In this document: positions 1 to 8,894 of the stretch, in pieces
Layout of the letters: every line of letters begins with the position of its first letter
How positions within the stretch are numbered: the first letter of the stretch is position 1
Assembly (NCBI GenBank): GCA_964447395.1
Contig: CAYUSO010000005.1
Span: forward strand, 30,376 to 94,375
From: an uncultured Rhizobium sp.
GTDB taxonomy: Bacteria; Pseudomonadota; Alphaproteobacteria; Rickettsiales; UBA1997
Reading direction: 5' to 3'
DNA: 64,000 nucleotides
Made by a program: the position numbers and the translations under genes
Notes under the pieces: generated by a model
The model's input: only the letters and a program-made list of their open reading frames with translations
Databases searched by the model: none
What the model was told of the DNA's origin: nothing

Positions 1-1055
1 GCGGAAAAATTCTAAACGTCGAGCGCGCGCGTTTCGACAAAATGCTTTCCTCAACCGAGATCGGAACCATGATTACCGCACTCGGAACCGGCATTGGTGC
101 TGAAGATTTCGATCCGTCAAAAGTTCGTTATCACAAAATCATCATCATGGCTGACGCCGACGTTGATGGTTCGCACATCAGAACTTTGCTTCTGACTTTC
201 TTTTTCCGTCACATGCCGAAGCTTATCGAGCATGGTTTTCTCTACATCGCGCAACCTCCGCTTTACAAAGTTAAAAAAGGCAGCAGCGAAGTTTATTTGA
301 AAAATGAACAAGCTCTTCAGGCTTACGTCATCGACAATGCGCTCAATAATACGATTTTGAAATCAAAGGCTGGAGACAGAACCGGTGCAGATTTGCACGA
401 TTTTGTTGCTAAACTCGGAAAATTTTCTCACCTCATCAACAGCATGTCGCGCGTGATTCAAAGCGACATCGCCGAAAATCTCGCATTGGCGGGAGCATTC
501 GATAAAGGTTGGATGACGAACCAAGCTAAAGCCAAATCCTTAATCGCAAAAATCGAGAAAATCTTCGCCGCAACTTCGGAAGAGGAAGTGGTTTGGAAGG
601 CTGCCATCACTGATTCGCAAGATATTGAAGTCACTCGCGAAACAAGAGGCGTAAAAACAAATTTCTTGGTGAAAAAATCATATTTCGATTTGCCAGAAGT
701 TCCTGCGATTGCGCAATTAAAAGAACAAATCGCCGATGAATTTGAAAGCGCAGTAAAACTTATTCGTGCTGACGAAGAAAAAACCGCGCGCAAGCCAATT
801 GAGTTGATGAATTTGATTTTGGATGCAGGAAAAAAAGGCGTATCAACTCAACGCTTTAAAGGTCTTGGAGAAATGAACGCCGAACAACTTTGGGAAACTA
901 CACTCGATCCTGCCAACAGAACTTTGTTGCAAGTCAAAGTAGATCAATTCGAAGAAGCCGACGAAACCTTCTCCACATTGATGGGAAACGTGGTTGAACC
1001 AAGACGCGATTTCATTCAAGAAAATGCACTGAAGGTTGTTAACCTCGATGTTTAA
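1..1055 (+). CDS. gyrB: DNA gyrase subunit B, C-terminal part (5' end outside window)
   Basis: The frame is open from position 3 ([17 protein letters not shown]). It has the Toprim motif [28 protein letters not shown], a long proteobacterial-type insertion and the C-terminal [19 protein letters not shown]. Confidence 0.9.
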   Translation, partial: GKILNVERARFDKMLSSTEIGTMITALGTGIGAEDFDPSKVRYHKIIIMADADVDGSHIRTLLLTFFFRHMPKLIEHGFLYIAQPPLYKVKKGSSEVYLKNEQALQAYVIDNALNNTILKSKAGDRTGADLHDFVAKLGKFSHLINSMSRVIQSDIAENLALAGAFDKGWMTNQAKAKSLIAKIEKIFAATSEEEVVWKAAITDSQDIEVTRETRGVKTNFLVKKSYFDLPEVPAIAQLKEQIADEFESAVKLIRADEEKTARKPIELMNLILDAGKKGVSTQRFKGLGEMNAEQLWETTLDPANRTLLQVKVDQFEEADETFSTLMGNVVEPRRDFIQENALKVVNLDV

Positions 1056-1061
1056 AATCTA

Positions 1062-1105
1062 CCAACCCCTTCCCATTCCTTTACCGGAGAGGGTTGGGGT
1101 GAGGG
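1062..1105. repeat. Palindromic repeat family C (CCCTCACCCTAACCCTCTCCC-ACAA-GGGAGAGGGTTAGGGTGAGGG), degenerate copy
   Basis: ccaaccccttccc...ccggagagggttggggtgaggg, directly abutting the bioF ATG. Confidence 0.6.
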
Positions 1106-2263
1106 ATGAAAGCCATGAAAAATTTTTATTTCTCCGCCCTCGAATCGCTCAAGGAAAAAAATCTCTATCGACAACTTGTTGAATCTGATGCTTCTAGCCC
1201 TGTGGTTGTAAGGCGCGGCAAGAAAAAATTTATCTCTTTTTGCTGCAATGATTATCTCGGTCTTTCGCAAAATCCTCTCGTAAAAAAATCTGCAATTGCG
1301 GCGATAAAAAAATTCGGACTTGGCGCAAGAGCTTCGCGCTACATCACCGGCAATAATTCGCTTTACACAAAACTTGAAAAAGAAATTGCTAAATTCAAAA
1401 AATGCGATGATGCGATAATTTTTTCTTCAGGCTACGCGGCCGCGATTGGCGCGATTCCAGCACTAGTAGGCGATGGTGATTTAATTCTTGCTGATCGTCT
1501 AATTCACTCGAGTTTGATTGATGGCGCAAAACTTTCCGGCGCGCGTTTGCTACGTTTTTTGCACAATGATGCTGTTCACGCAAAAAGAATTTTAACAGAA
1601 AATCGCCACAAGTTTAAAAAATGTTTAATCATCACCGAGACAGTGTTTTCAATGGATGGGGATGTTGGTGAGATTGGTGAATTGTTGGAATTGGCAGAAA
1701 AGTTTGACGCGATTTTATTGAGTGATGATGCCCATGGAATTAGCGCTCCTCACCCCAATCCTCTCCCACAAGGGGAGAGACTTGGGGTGAGAGGTAATTA
1801 TCTTCAACTCGGAACATTCTCCAAAGCCTTCGGTTCTCTCGGCGGCTACATTGCTGGTGAAAAAATTCTCATCGATTATTTGCGTAATTTCGCCAAATCA
1901 GCAATTTATTCTACCGCGCTTCCACCGGCTATTCTCGCGGCCTCGCTTGCGTCGCTAAAAATAATTTCACAAAAGAAACTCGCCAAAAAAACTTTAGAAA
2001 ACGCCAAATATTTTTGTGAATTAATGAATTTGCCAAAACCGCAATCGGCAATAATTCCAATCATCATTGGCGATAATAAAAAAGTTTTGGAGATCGCGAA
2101 TCGCGTGGCGCAAAAAGGATTTTTAATTTCGGCAATTCGTCCGCCAACCGTAGAGCCAGGAAAATCAAGGCTTCGCATCACTTTTTCTTCCGAACATAAA
2201 AAATCCGACATCAAGAAATTAGCGGAAATTATCGCACATGAACTTCAAAAATTCTCAAACTAA
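1106..2263 (+). CDS. bioF: 8-amino-7-oxononanoate synthase (alpha-oxoamine synthase family)
   Basis: 385 aa with NDYLGLS, SGYAAAIGAI, DDAHG, TFSKAFGSLGG (PLP lysine region) and IRPPTVEPGKSRLRITFS. bioA is also in the window. Assignment within the AONS family (versus Kbl or ALAS) is by length and context. Confidence 0.7.
   Translation: MKAMKNFYFSALESLKEKNLYRQLVESDASSPVVVRRGKKKFISFCCNDYLGLSQNPLVKKSAIAAIKKFGLGARASRYITGNNSLYTKLEKEIAKFKKCDDAIIFSSGYAAAIGAIPALVGDGDLILADRLIHSSLIDGAKLSGARLLRFLHNDAVHAKRILTENRHKFKKCLIITETVFSMDGDVGEIGELLELAEKFDAILLSDDAHGISAPHPNPLPQGERLGVRGNYLQLGTFSKAFGSLGGYIAGEKILIDYLRNFAKSAIYSTALPPAILAASLASLKIISQKKLAKKTLENAKYFCELMNLPKPQSAIIPIIIGDNKKVLEIANRVAQKGFLISAIRPPTVEPGKSRLRITFSSEHKKSDIKKLAEIIAHELQKFSN
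1748..1795. repeat. Family C palindrome inside the bioF reading frame
   Basis: cctcaccccaatcctctcccacaaggggagagacttggggtgagaggt, translated in frame as PHPNPLPQGERLGVRG. Confidence 0.85.
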
Positions 2264-4058
2264 CAAGATTAAAGAAGATTTAATCGCAACGCTGCGCGGC
2301 CTTGCGAATGATGAATCGCTGCGGGTTGAGTTTGATGAAAATTGTCAGAATAATTTTTCTTCCTGGGATCAGAATTTGGTTTTGGATGAGAAAATAATCA
2401 TGTTGCCGCAAGTCCTGAAGCAAGTTCAGGATGACGATTTTCCAACTAGTCATCCTGAACTTGTTCCGGGATCTATAAAAAACTTCAGAGCCGCGTCAGA
2501 CATGGCTCTATGCTATTTATTATTTCACGATAAAGAAACGCATCAGCAGAAAAATTTTGTGGAAGATGAGCAAAAGTTTTTCGACGAATTTGAAAAAATT
2601 CGCGTGATTTCAAACGTCAAAAATTCTTATCGCGGAGTTGTAAAAAATATTTTACGCAAGCTTGAAGATGACATATTCACAGCTTCGGAAAGTCTTTCGT
2701 TGGTTTTGTTAAAACAGTTTTTTCCCGCAGAAATTTTGCCGAGAACTGCAAGTGCAATTTCTGATTTAGAAAAAAAATTAAGTAAAAAAATTCTTTCGCA
2801 AATCCAAAAACTTGGAAAAAATATTTTCGATCAAACAGCTTTCGCGCTAGAAGTAGAAAGGCTTCTTGAGATGTTGAAGGAAGAAAGAAATTCTGAAGAA
2901 AAAGAAAAAAATGATTCCTCGTCAAACTCAAAACAAAAAACGGAAAATGATCTAAACAGTTTTGGACAAGAAAATATTGACGCAAATGAGGAAGAAAATT
3001 TTGCACAAAATGGCGAAGAAGAATCGGAGCAGAAAAACGAAGAACAACAAAAAAATGCCGACTTAAAAGATGAAGGAAAGAAAGGAGAAATCTCGATCAA
3101 GCTAGAGAAATCAAGCACCGATGAGGATAAAATTGAATTCAAAAATTCTTACAAAATTTTTACCTCACAATTTGACGAAGTGATTTTTCCGCAAAAATTA
3201 GTAGCAAAAAATGAGTTAGAAATTTTGCGTGATCAACTCGATTTGCGTTTGGCAAAGCTCGCAACCATTTCCAAAAAAATGACTTTGAAGCTGAAAAGAA
3301 AATTGCTTTCGAAGCGAAATTCTTTTTTGGAATTTGATTCTTCGCGCGGAATTTTGGACAAAAAGAAATTAACTAGATTGGTCATCGACCCAATGTTGAC
3401 GGACATCTGGGTCAATCACAAAACTCACGAATATCAGGATACTGCGCTTACAATTCTTCTCGATAATTCGGGATCGATGCGCGGAAATCCGATTGTGATG
3501 AGCGCGATGGCTTGTGAAATTATCGCGCAAATTCTCGAAAAATTCTCGGTAAAAACTGAAATTATTGGATTCACAACGGCGGATTGGAAAGGCGGGAAGG
3601 CGCGTAAACTCTGGGAGAGTTCAGGTCGTCAAAAAAATCCCGGACGTCTCAACGAACTTCGTCACATCATTTACAAACACTTCAATCAGAGTTTCAAAAA
3701 AGCAAAAACCAATCTTGGTTTGATGTTAAAAGAAGGTGTGCTCAAAGAAAATATTGACGGCGAAGCCTTGCTATTCGCGCGTTCACGCCTGATGCAGCAA
3801 AGTGAAAAAAGAAAAATTCTAATCGTAATTTCTGACGGAACGCCAGTCGATGATTCAACAAATTCAGCAAATGATTCCGATATTTTATCTGATCATTTGC
3901 AGCATGTGATTAATAAAATCGAAAAATCTTCAAAAATTGAAGTTGTTGGAATCGGCGTGGGACATAGCACGGAAGAGTTTTATCGTAATTCAATCACGAT
4001 AAAATCTTTGGAAGAATTGGGCGATGTGATGATCAATAAAATTTCTGAGCTGTTGTAA
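2238..4058 (+). CDS. CobT-like vWA-domain protein (cobaltochelatase CobT family)
   Basis: 606 aa with an acidic low-complexity centre and a C-terminal vWA domain carrying the MIDAS motif LLDNSGSMRG and ILIVISDGTPVDD. This architecture matches CobT-like proteins of Rickettsiales. Confidence 0.7.
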   Translation: MNFKNSQTNKIKEDLIATLRGLANDESLRVEFDENCQNNFSSWDQNLVLDEKIIMLPQVLKQVQDDDFPTSHPELVPGSIKNFRAASDMALCYLLFHDKETHQQKNFVEDEQKFFDEFEKIRVISNVKNSYRGVVKNILRKLEDDIFTASESLSLVLLKQFFPAEILPRTASAISDLEKKLSKKILSQIQKLGKNIFDQTAFALEVERLLEMLKEERNSEEKEKNDSSSNSKQKTENDLNSFGQENIDANEEENFAQNGEEESEQKNEEQQKNADLKDEGKKGEISIKLEKSSTDEDKIEFKNSYKIFTSQFDEVIFPQKLVAKNELEILRDQLDLRLAKLATISKKMTLKLKRKLLSKRNSFLEFDSSRGILDKKKLTRLVIDPMLTDIWVNHKTHEYQDTALTILLDNSGSMRGNPIVMSAMACEIIAQILEKFSVKTEIIGFTTADWKGGKARKLWESSGRQKNPGRLNELRHIIYKHFNQSFKKAKTNLGLMLKEGVLKENIDGEALLFARSRLMQQSEKRKILIVISDGTPVDDSTNSANDSDILSDHLQHVINKIEKSSKIEVVGIGVGHSTEEFYRNSITIKSLEELGDVMINKISELL

Positions 4059-4235
4059 AATTTTTGCTCTAAATTCCAAAATCTACGCAGATTTAAAAAA
4101 ATGTTTTTTTATCGGATGAGATGATTGACATCGGTGCTTATTTGGGTGTTTTAAGAGACTGTTTTGCGACAGGGTCAAAAGCAAATTTGGCATAGCGTAT
4201 AAACGAATCAGTTTTTCATTAAAATTTATAAAAAA

Positions 4236-5255
4236 ATGTCGAGAAAGCCTTATAAACCGCGTCGTATTTCTTCACGAAATTTAAGTTATAAAGTTGATCA
4301 GGAGAAATCCCGTTCTCGTAAAATCGTCACGAAAAATTTTCTTTCCTATGTTGTTGCTTCCTACGTGGTAGTGGCTCTGAGCATTGTTTACTTTTCTTTC
4401 TTGAGTTATGATTCCTACATGAAGAGTAGAAATTTAGAAATGGAAGCGGCGGCTTATGAGATTGAAATGAGCTTCACCAATAGCATTAGCTATGCCGAGT
4501 CGGTTTTGAATTATGTTAATCGTCAAATCGTGCTTTCAAAGGCGACTAATTCTGAAATCGCAGAAATTCTCAGCTCGTTTAATCGCTCGCATCACGGATA
4601 TAATTCAATCAAAGATGTGTTATCGGTTGGAATGCTTTATTGGGTTGATGAAGAGAAGCGTTTGGTCGCGAGCAGCTCTGGCGCAATTGTGACTCCAATC
4701 GATCTTTCTTCACGCGATTATTTATCTCGCACCAAAGATGATCCGTGGAAAATTTATACCGGTTCCCCAGTTATTGGCGCAGCTAGTGGACAATATGTTA
4801 TGCCTGCTGCAGTGGGCGTTTATAGTAATGGAAAATATTTCGGAACTTCGGTTGTGAGTTTCAAAGTTTATAATCTGGTAGAAAAATTTAAGCGCCTCAC
4901 TGGCTATTATGGCGATGATTTTGCCATTTTGGATAGCAATAACAAAGTGCTGATGGAATCAGAATCTGGGCTGTTCTCTGAGGATAAGGAATTGTTGAAT
5001 AGTTTACAATTTTCTACTCAATCGATGCATCCGGAATTGGTTTCAAAATTTTCTCCTTTCAAGCAAAAAGGTCATTATTTGATCGTTAGAAATATGGAGA
5101 AATATCCTTACAAGGTTTTGATCGGAAGTCAGAATAATGTTCTGACAAAGGAAATTCTGCTTAAAATTATGCCGCATTTTATCGAACTGATGTTGGTGAC
5201 AGTTTTCTTCATCGTGGTTTTAGCCGCAATGCGTAGGACTAAAAATCAGTTCTAA
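4236..5255 (+). CDS. Membrane protein with periplasmic Cache-like sensor domain, no output domain
   Basis: 339 aa. An N-terminal TM (FLSYVVASYVVVALSIVYFSFL) is followed by a roughly 250-aa extracytoplasmic region (PVIGAASGQYVMPAAVGV, reminiscent of Cache) and a second TM. The ORF then stops. Confidence 0.4.
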   Translation: MSRKPYKPRRISSRNLSYKVDQEKSRSRKIVTKNFLSYVVASYVVVALSIVYFSFLSYDSYMKSRNLEMEAAAYEIEMSFTNSISYAESVLNYVNRQIVLSKATNSEIAEILSSFNRSHHGYNSIKDVLSVGMLYWVDEEKRLVASSSGAIVTPIDLSSRDYLSRTKDDPWKIYTGSPVIGAASGQYVMPAAVGVYSNGKYFGTSVVSFKVYNLVEKFKRLTGYYGDDFAILDSNNKVLMESESGLFSEDKELLNSLQFSTQSMHPELVSKFSPFKQKGHYLIVRNMEKYPYKVLIGSQNNVLTKEILLKIMPHFIELMLVTVFFIVVLAAMRRTKNQF

Positions 5256-5284
5256 GTTTTTTTGATGGGATTGCTGCGCGAAGT

Positions 5285-5392
5285 AGATCCCGAAACAAGT
5301 TTGGGATGACGACTTAGGTGGCTCTTGTCCAGAATGTCATCCCGAACTTCCAGAATGTCATCCCGAACTTGTTTCGGGATCTGTCTTTTGTG
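5285..5392. repeat. Palindromic repeat family A (unit GTCATCCCGAACTTGTTTCGGGATCTGTCTTTTGTG), inverted pair with internal 21-bp tandem duplication
   Basis: The left arm agatcccgaaacaagtttgggatgac and right arm gtcatcccgaacttgtttcgggatctgtcttttgtg flank ccagaatgtcatcccgaactt repeated twice (5329-5349, 5350-5370). Confidence 0.85.
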
Positions 5393-5405
5393 AGTCGGGT
5401 GATAA

Positions 5406-6515
5406 TCACCGAATTTTTTGATAATCGAGAATTTTAATTCCGTATCCTTCTAAGCCTACAACTGACTTCTTCGAGTTGGTCAACAAAGTTAAATTTTTTA
5501 CTCCTAAATCGGATAAAATTTGTGCGCCGATTCCATAATTTCTCAAAATTTTTTCCTGATTTTTTTGCTGATTTTCTTCGCTGAAAAATAAATTCGACAG
5601 AGATTCGCTTGGTTGTCTGATCAAAACCACAACGCCATTTCCCGCCTTAGAAATTTTCTTTAATGCTTTTGCAAATAAGCCGCTTCTTGGATCAGTAGCG
5701 TCGTCTAAACAATCAGTTAAAATATTTAAGTGATGCATCCGAACCAGAGTTGGCGCTGCCTTGTCGATTTTTCCTTTTACTAAAGCAATGTGCTCAACAC
5801 CGTCGATTTTGCTGCGATAAATTGTCGCGTTAAATTCCCCGGCAATTTTGCTGACGAATTTTTTGCGCTCGATCACTTCAATTAATTTTTCATTTTTGCG
5901 GCGATATTCGATGAGATCGGCGATAGTGGCGATTTTCATCTGATGAGTTCTGGCAAATTTGATGAGATCAGGCAAGCGCGCCATCGAGCCATCATCATTC
6001 ATAATTTCGCAAATTACGCCGGAAGGATTTAGGTTGGCGAGTTTTGCAATATCGACTGCAGCTTCAGTGTGGCCAGCGCGCACTAGAACGCCGCCGTTTT
6101 GTGCTTTAAGCGGAAAAATATGTCCGGGGCTGACAATCGCTTCTTTACCTTTTTTTTGATCGATGGCATCGCGAATTGTTTTGGCGCGATCTTGCGCAGA
6201 AATTCCGGTGGAAATTCCGCTGCGTGCCTCGATGGAAACTGTAAATGCGGTTTTGTGGCGCGATTCATTATTCATCGCCATTAAAGGCAGATCAAGCTCG
6301 CCAATCCTTTTTTCTGTAAGTGCAAGACAGATTAATCCGCGTCCATACCTGGCCATGAAATTCACTTTTTGATCGTCGCAAAGTTGTGCTGGAATCACCA
6401 AATCTCCTTCATTCTCACGACTTTCATCGTCAACCAAAATGAACATTTTTCCTTGCTTAGCTTCGGAAATAATTTCGGGAATTGTCGCGAGATATTTTTT
6501 TTCGTTGCTGGTCAT
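5406..6515 (-). CDS. ribBA: 3,4-dihydroxy-2-butanone-4-phosphate synthase fused to a GTP cyclohydrolase II-like domain
   Basis: The N-terminal domain has the RibB motifs MFILVDDESRENEGDLVIPA and RAGHTEAAVD. The C-terminal domain resembles RibA (LLTNSKKSV) but lacks the CxnCxC zinc ligands. Confidence 0.85.
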   Translation of the reverse strand: MTSNEKKYLATIPEIISEAKQGKMFILVDDESRENEGDLVIPAQLCDDQKVNFMARYGRGLICLALTEKRIGELDLPLMAMNNESRHKTAFTVSIEARSGISTGISAQDRAKTIRDAIDQKKGKEAIVSPGHIFPLKAQNGGVLVRAGHTEAAVDIAKLANLNPSGVICEIMNDDGSMARLPDLIKFARTHQMKIATIADLIEYRRKNEKLIEVIERKKFVSKIAGEFNATIYRSKIDGVEHIALVKGKIDKAAPTLVRMHHLNILTDCLDDATDPRSGLFAKALKKISKAGNGVVVLIRQPSESLSNLFFSEENQQKNQEKILRNYGIGAQILSDLGVKNLTLLTNSKKSVVGLEGYGIKILDYQKIR

Positions 6516-7117
6516 TTTTTTAAAATTTTTGCGGCGTAGCGCGCCAGAGTGTCGATTTCGAGATTAATCGTATCGCCGATTTTCGAATTTTTGAAAGCAG
6601 TATGAGCAATTGTGTGCGGAATTAAATTCACGCTGAAGGAATTTTTTGTCACTTCATTCACTGTCAGAGAAACGCCGTTGAGCGCAACTGAGCCTTTCGG
6701 CGCGATGAATTTCAGCAAATCTTTTTTTGCTGCGAAAATAAATTTTTTTGAATCTTTGACCGCGATGATTTTGGTGATTTTTACAACTCCGTCAATATGG
6801 CCTGAAACCAAGTGCCCACCAAGCTCGTCGCCGAGACGCAAAGAGAATTCCAAGTTTATTAATTCGCCAATTCGCCAATTGGCTAAAGTGGTTTTTACGC
6901 AGGTTTCTTTTGAGGCTTGAAAGGAAAAAACATTTTTTTTGCCGGAAGTTTTTTTGGAAATCAAAGTTAAGCAAATGCCGTTGCAAGCAATAGAACAGCC
7001 GATTTCCAGTTTGCGATTGATCTTTTCTGTGACGGAAATTTTTAACAACAAATCCTGTTTTTGATTAAGATTTATCTCCTCAACTCGCCCAATATTTGTG
7101 ACTATTCCAGTGAACAT
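6512..7117 (-). CDS. ribE: Riboflavin synthase alpha chain
   Basis: Starts MFTGIV, has a duplicated lumazine-binding repeat (GCSIACNGICLT / GSVALNGVSLTV), is 201 aa, and overlaps the ribBA start by 4 nt. Confidence 0.9.
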   Translation of the reverse strand: MFTGIVTNIGRVEEINLNQKQDLLLKISVTEKINRKLEIGCSIACNGICLTLISKKTSGKKNVFSFQASKETCVKTTLANWRIGELINLEFSLRLGDELGGHLVSGHIDGVVKITKIIAVKDSKKFIFAAKKDLLKFIAPKGSVALNGVSLTVNEVTKNSFSVNLIPHTIAHTAFKNSKIGDTINLEIDTLARYAAKILKK

Positions 7118-8007
7118 TTTTTGTTTTCTTTTTGAAGTTCTGAAATTTTTTTACGAATTTTTCGAATCGCATTTTCTTCAATTTGGCGAATACGTTCGCG
7201 CGAGACTTTGTAGACCTGACTCAGCTCTTCCAGAGTTAAGGATTCGTCGGACATTTGGCGTTTGAACAAAATATCTTTTTCGCGATCATTTAGAGTTTTA
7301 AAGGCCTGATGAAATAGTGATTCTTGGCGCGATTTTTCCTGATTTTGAATAGCAATTTCCTCTTGGCTGACTTGGTCTGCGGCCATGAGATCAACCATTT
7401 CTTTGGCGTCATCATCATCGCCAACCAACTTGTTGAGAGAAGTGTCGCCTTGCGCAAGGCGCGAACTCATGTCGCTCACTTCTTTTTGCGAAACGTTTAA
7501 ATCGTGAGCGATGCGCGCAACCTGATCTGGCGCTAGTGTAGCGTCAGTCATGCCCAATCTTTTTTTGATTTTATGAAGATTGAAAAAAAGTTTTTTCTGC
7601 GCCGCAGTTGTGCCGATTTTTACTAAAGACCAAGAGCGTAAAACATAATCTTGCATGAAGGCGCGAATCCACCACATGGCGTAAGTAGAGAAGCGGAAGC
7701 CTTTATTAACATCGAATTTTTTTACGGCCTGCATCAATCCCAAATTTCCTTCGGCGACTAAATCAACGATTGGCAATCCGTAATTTCGATATTTGCCCGC
7801 CATTTTTACAACTAGTCGCAAGTGGCTTTGAATCAGCATTTTTGCCGCTTCTTTGTCGCCAGTTTCGGCGAAGCTAATGGCGTATTTTTTTTCTTCTTCA
7901 GCAGTCAGAATAGGGAATTTCTGAATCTCGCGCATGTAGTGTAGAAACGCGCCATCATTGCCTCTAGAAAGAGATGTGGTTTTTATTTTTGAAGAGGAGA
8001 CCGGCAT
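7102..8007 (-). CDS. rpoH: RNA polymerase sigma-32 factor
   Basis: Sigma-70 region 2 (DLVAEGNLGLMQAVKKFD, FSTYAMWWIRA), an RpoH-box-like QKKLFFNLHKIK, and region 4 (LEELSQVYKVSRERIRQIE). Confidence 0.9.
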   Translation of the reverse strand: MPVSSSKIKTTSLSRGNDGAFLHYMREIQKFPILTAEEEKKYAISFAETGDKEAAKMLIQSHLRLVVKMAGKYRNYGLPIVDLVAEGNLGLMQAVKKFDVNKGFRFSTYAMWWIRAFMQDYVLRSWSLVKIGTTAAQKKLFFNLHKIKKRLGMTDATLAPDQVARIAHDLNVSQKEVSDMSSRLAQGDTSLNKLVGDDDDAKEMVDLMAADQVSQEEIAIQNQEKSRQESLFHQAFKTLNDREKDILFKRQMSDESLTLEELSQVYKVSRERIRQIEENAIRKIRKKISELQKENKKCSLE

Positions 8008-8027
8008 GAAATAGCGATTAAAATCCG

Positions 8028-8894
8028 TTAAATTCCACTGACAGAAATTTTATATTTTTTCGATAAATAGGACATGACATCTTTGCGTTCCTGTAGCTTG
8101 AGTGGGCGGTTGTAAATGATAATTTCCGAAATGAATCCGGTGAAGCCAGAGTTACCGTTTTTATCAGCGCCGATTGAAACTCCATTTAGCGAATTTGATC
8201 CAGAATCAATGTTTGCAGCACCGGCTAGGGTTGTGGCATTATTGACATAAGCACCAGAGGATGAGCCATTGATGTAAGCGGCTACCGCATAAGCACTACC
8301 TGAGCTGAAGCTGGCTGGATTGCTGCCAGTTCCTGTGTCAGCGCCAGTGCCATTATCAAGACGCACCGCGTTGTTTTTGATCCCGATAGAAAAACGATTT
8401 TGTCCGTTGTAGGAGTCGAACGGAATAACTTGTGTAGAGCTTGGAGAGAAGTTTGGTTGAAATACCAGAAAGACTGTCGCTTGTGTGATATCGCCTTGAT
8501 AAAAAGCTGAAATCGTCACTTTTCCTGAGCCGTTAAATAAAATGCTTGGAACTTTGTTGATGCCAGCGAGCCGGTAAAGAGCGTCGTTTCCAGCGGTTTT
8601 GGTGAGTTTATTTTTCTTGGCAGCAATGGAATTTGGACTGATATCGTGCCAAGTGGTTATTTGCACGCCGTCAACATTTTCACCATCTTTGAGAGATTCT
8701 TTCAGTGAAGTTTCATACCAGGCGATAAGCCCAGGAATGTTTGGTACCGGAGATTTTGAAGTGATTGATCTTGCTCCGGCAATTCTAGCTGAACTTATCA
8801 AGCCAACACCTTGCGTGACAGTGGCGGTTAGCACAGCAATCACCATTAAAACTACAGAGATTTCTAACAGTGAAAATGCTGAGCGTTTTTTCAT
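8028..8894 (-). CDS. Prepilin-type N-terminal methylation-domain protein with LamG-like C-terminal domain
   Basis: Start revised to MKKRSAFSLLEISVVLMVIAVLTA (pilin-like class III signal and hydrophobic helix). The C-terminus GFISEIIIYNRPLKLQERKDV resembles the end of the LamG_3 family. Its ATG overlaps the gcvPB stop (ATGA). Confidence 0.6.
   Translation of the reverse strand: MKKRSAFSLLEISVVLMVIAVLTATVTQGVGLISSARIAGARSITSKSPVPNIPGLIAWYETSLKESLKDGENVDGVQITTWHDISPNSIAAKKNKLTKTAGNDALYRLAGINKVPSILFNGSGKVTISAFYQGDITQATVFLVFQPNFSPSSTQVIPFDSYNGQNRFSIGIKNNAVRLDNGTGADTGTGSNPASFSSGSAYAVAAYINGSSSGAYVNNATTLAGAANIDSGSNSLNGVSIGADKNGNSGFTGFISEIIIYNRPLKLQERKDVMSYLSKKYKISVSGI

Noticed and set aside
2880-3130. 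Highly acidic low-complexity stretch (EEKEKNDSSSNSKQKTEND...EEESEQKNEEQQKN), considered as a possible separate gene or repeat expansion.
   Set aside because: It is in frame within the CobT-like protein. As I recall, an acidic central linker is typical of this family, so it is not an independent feature.
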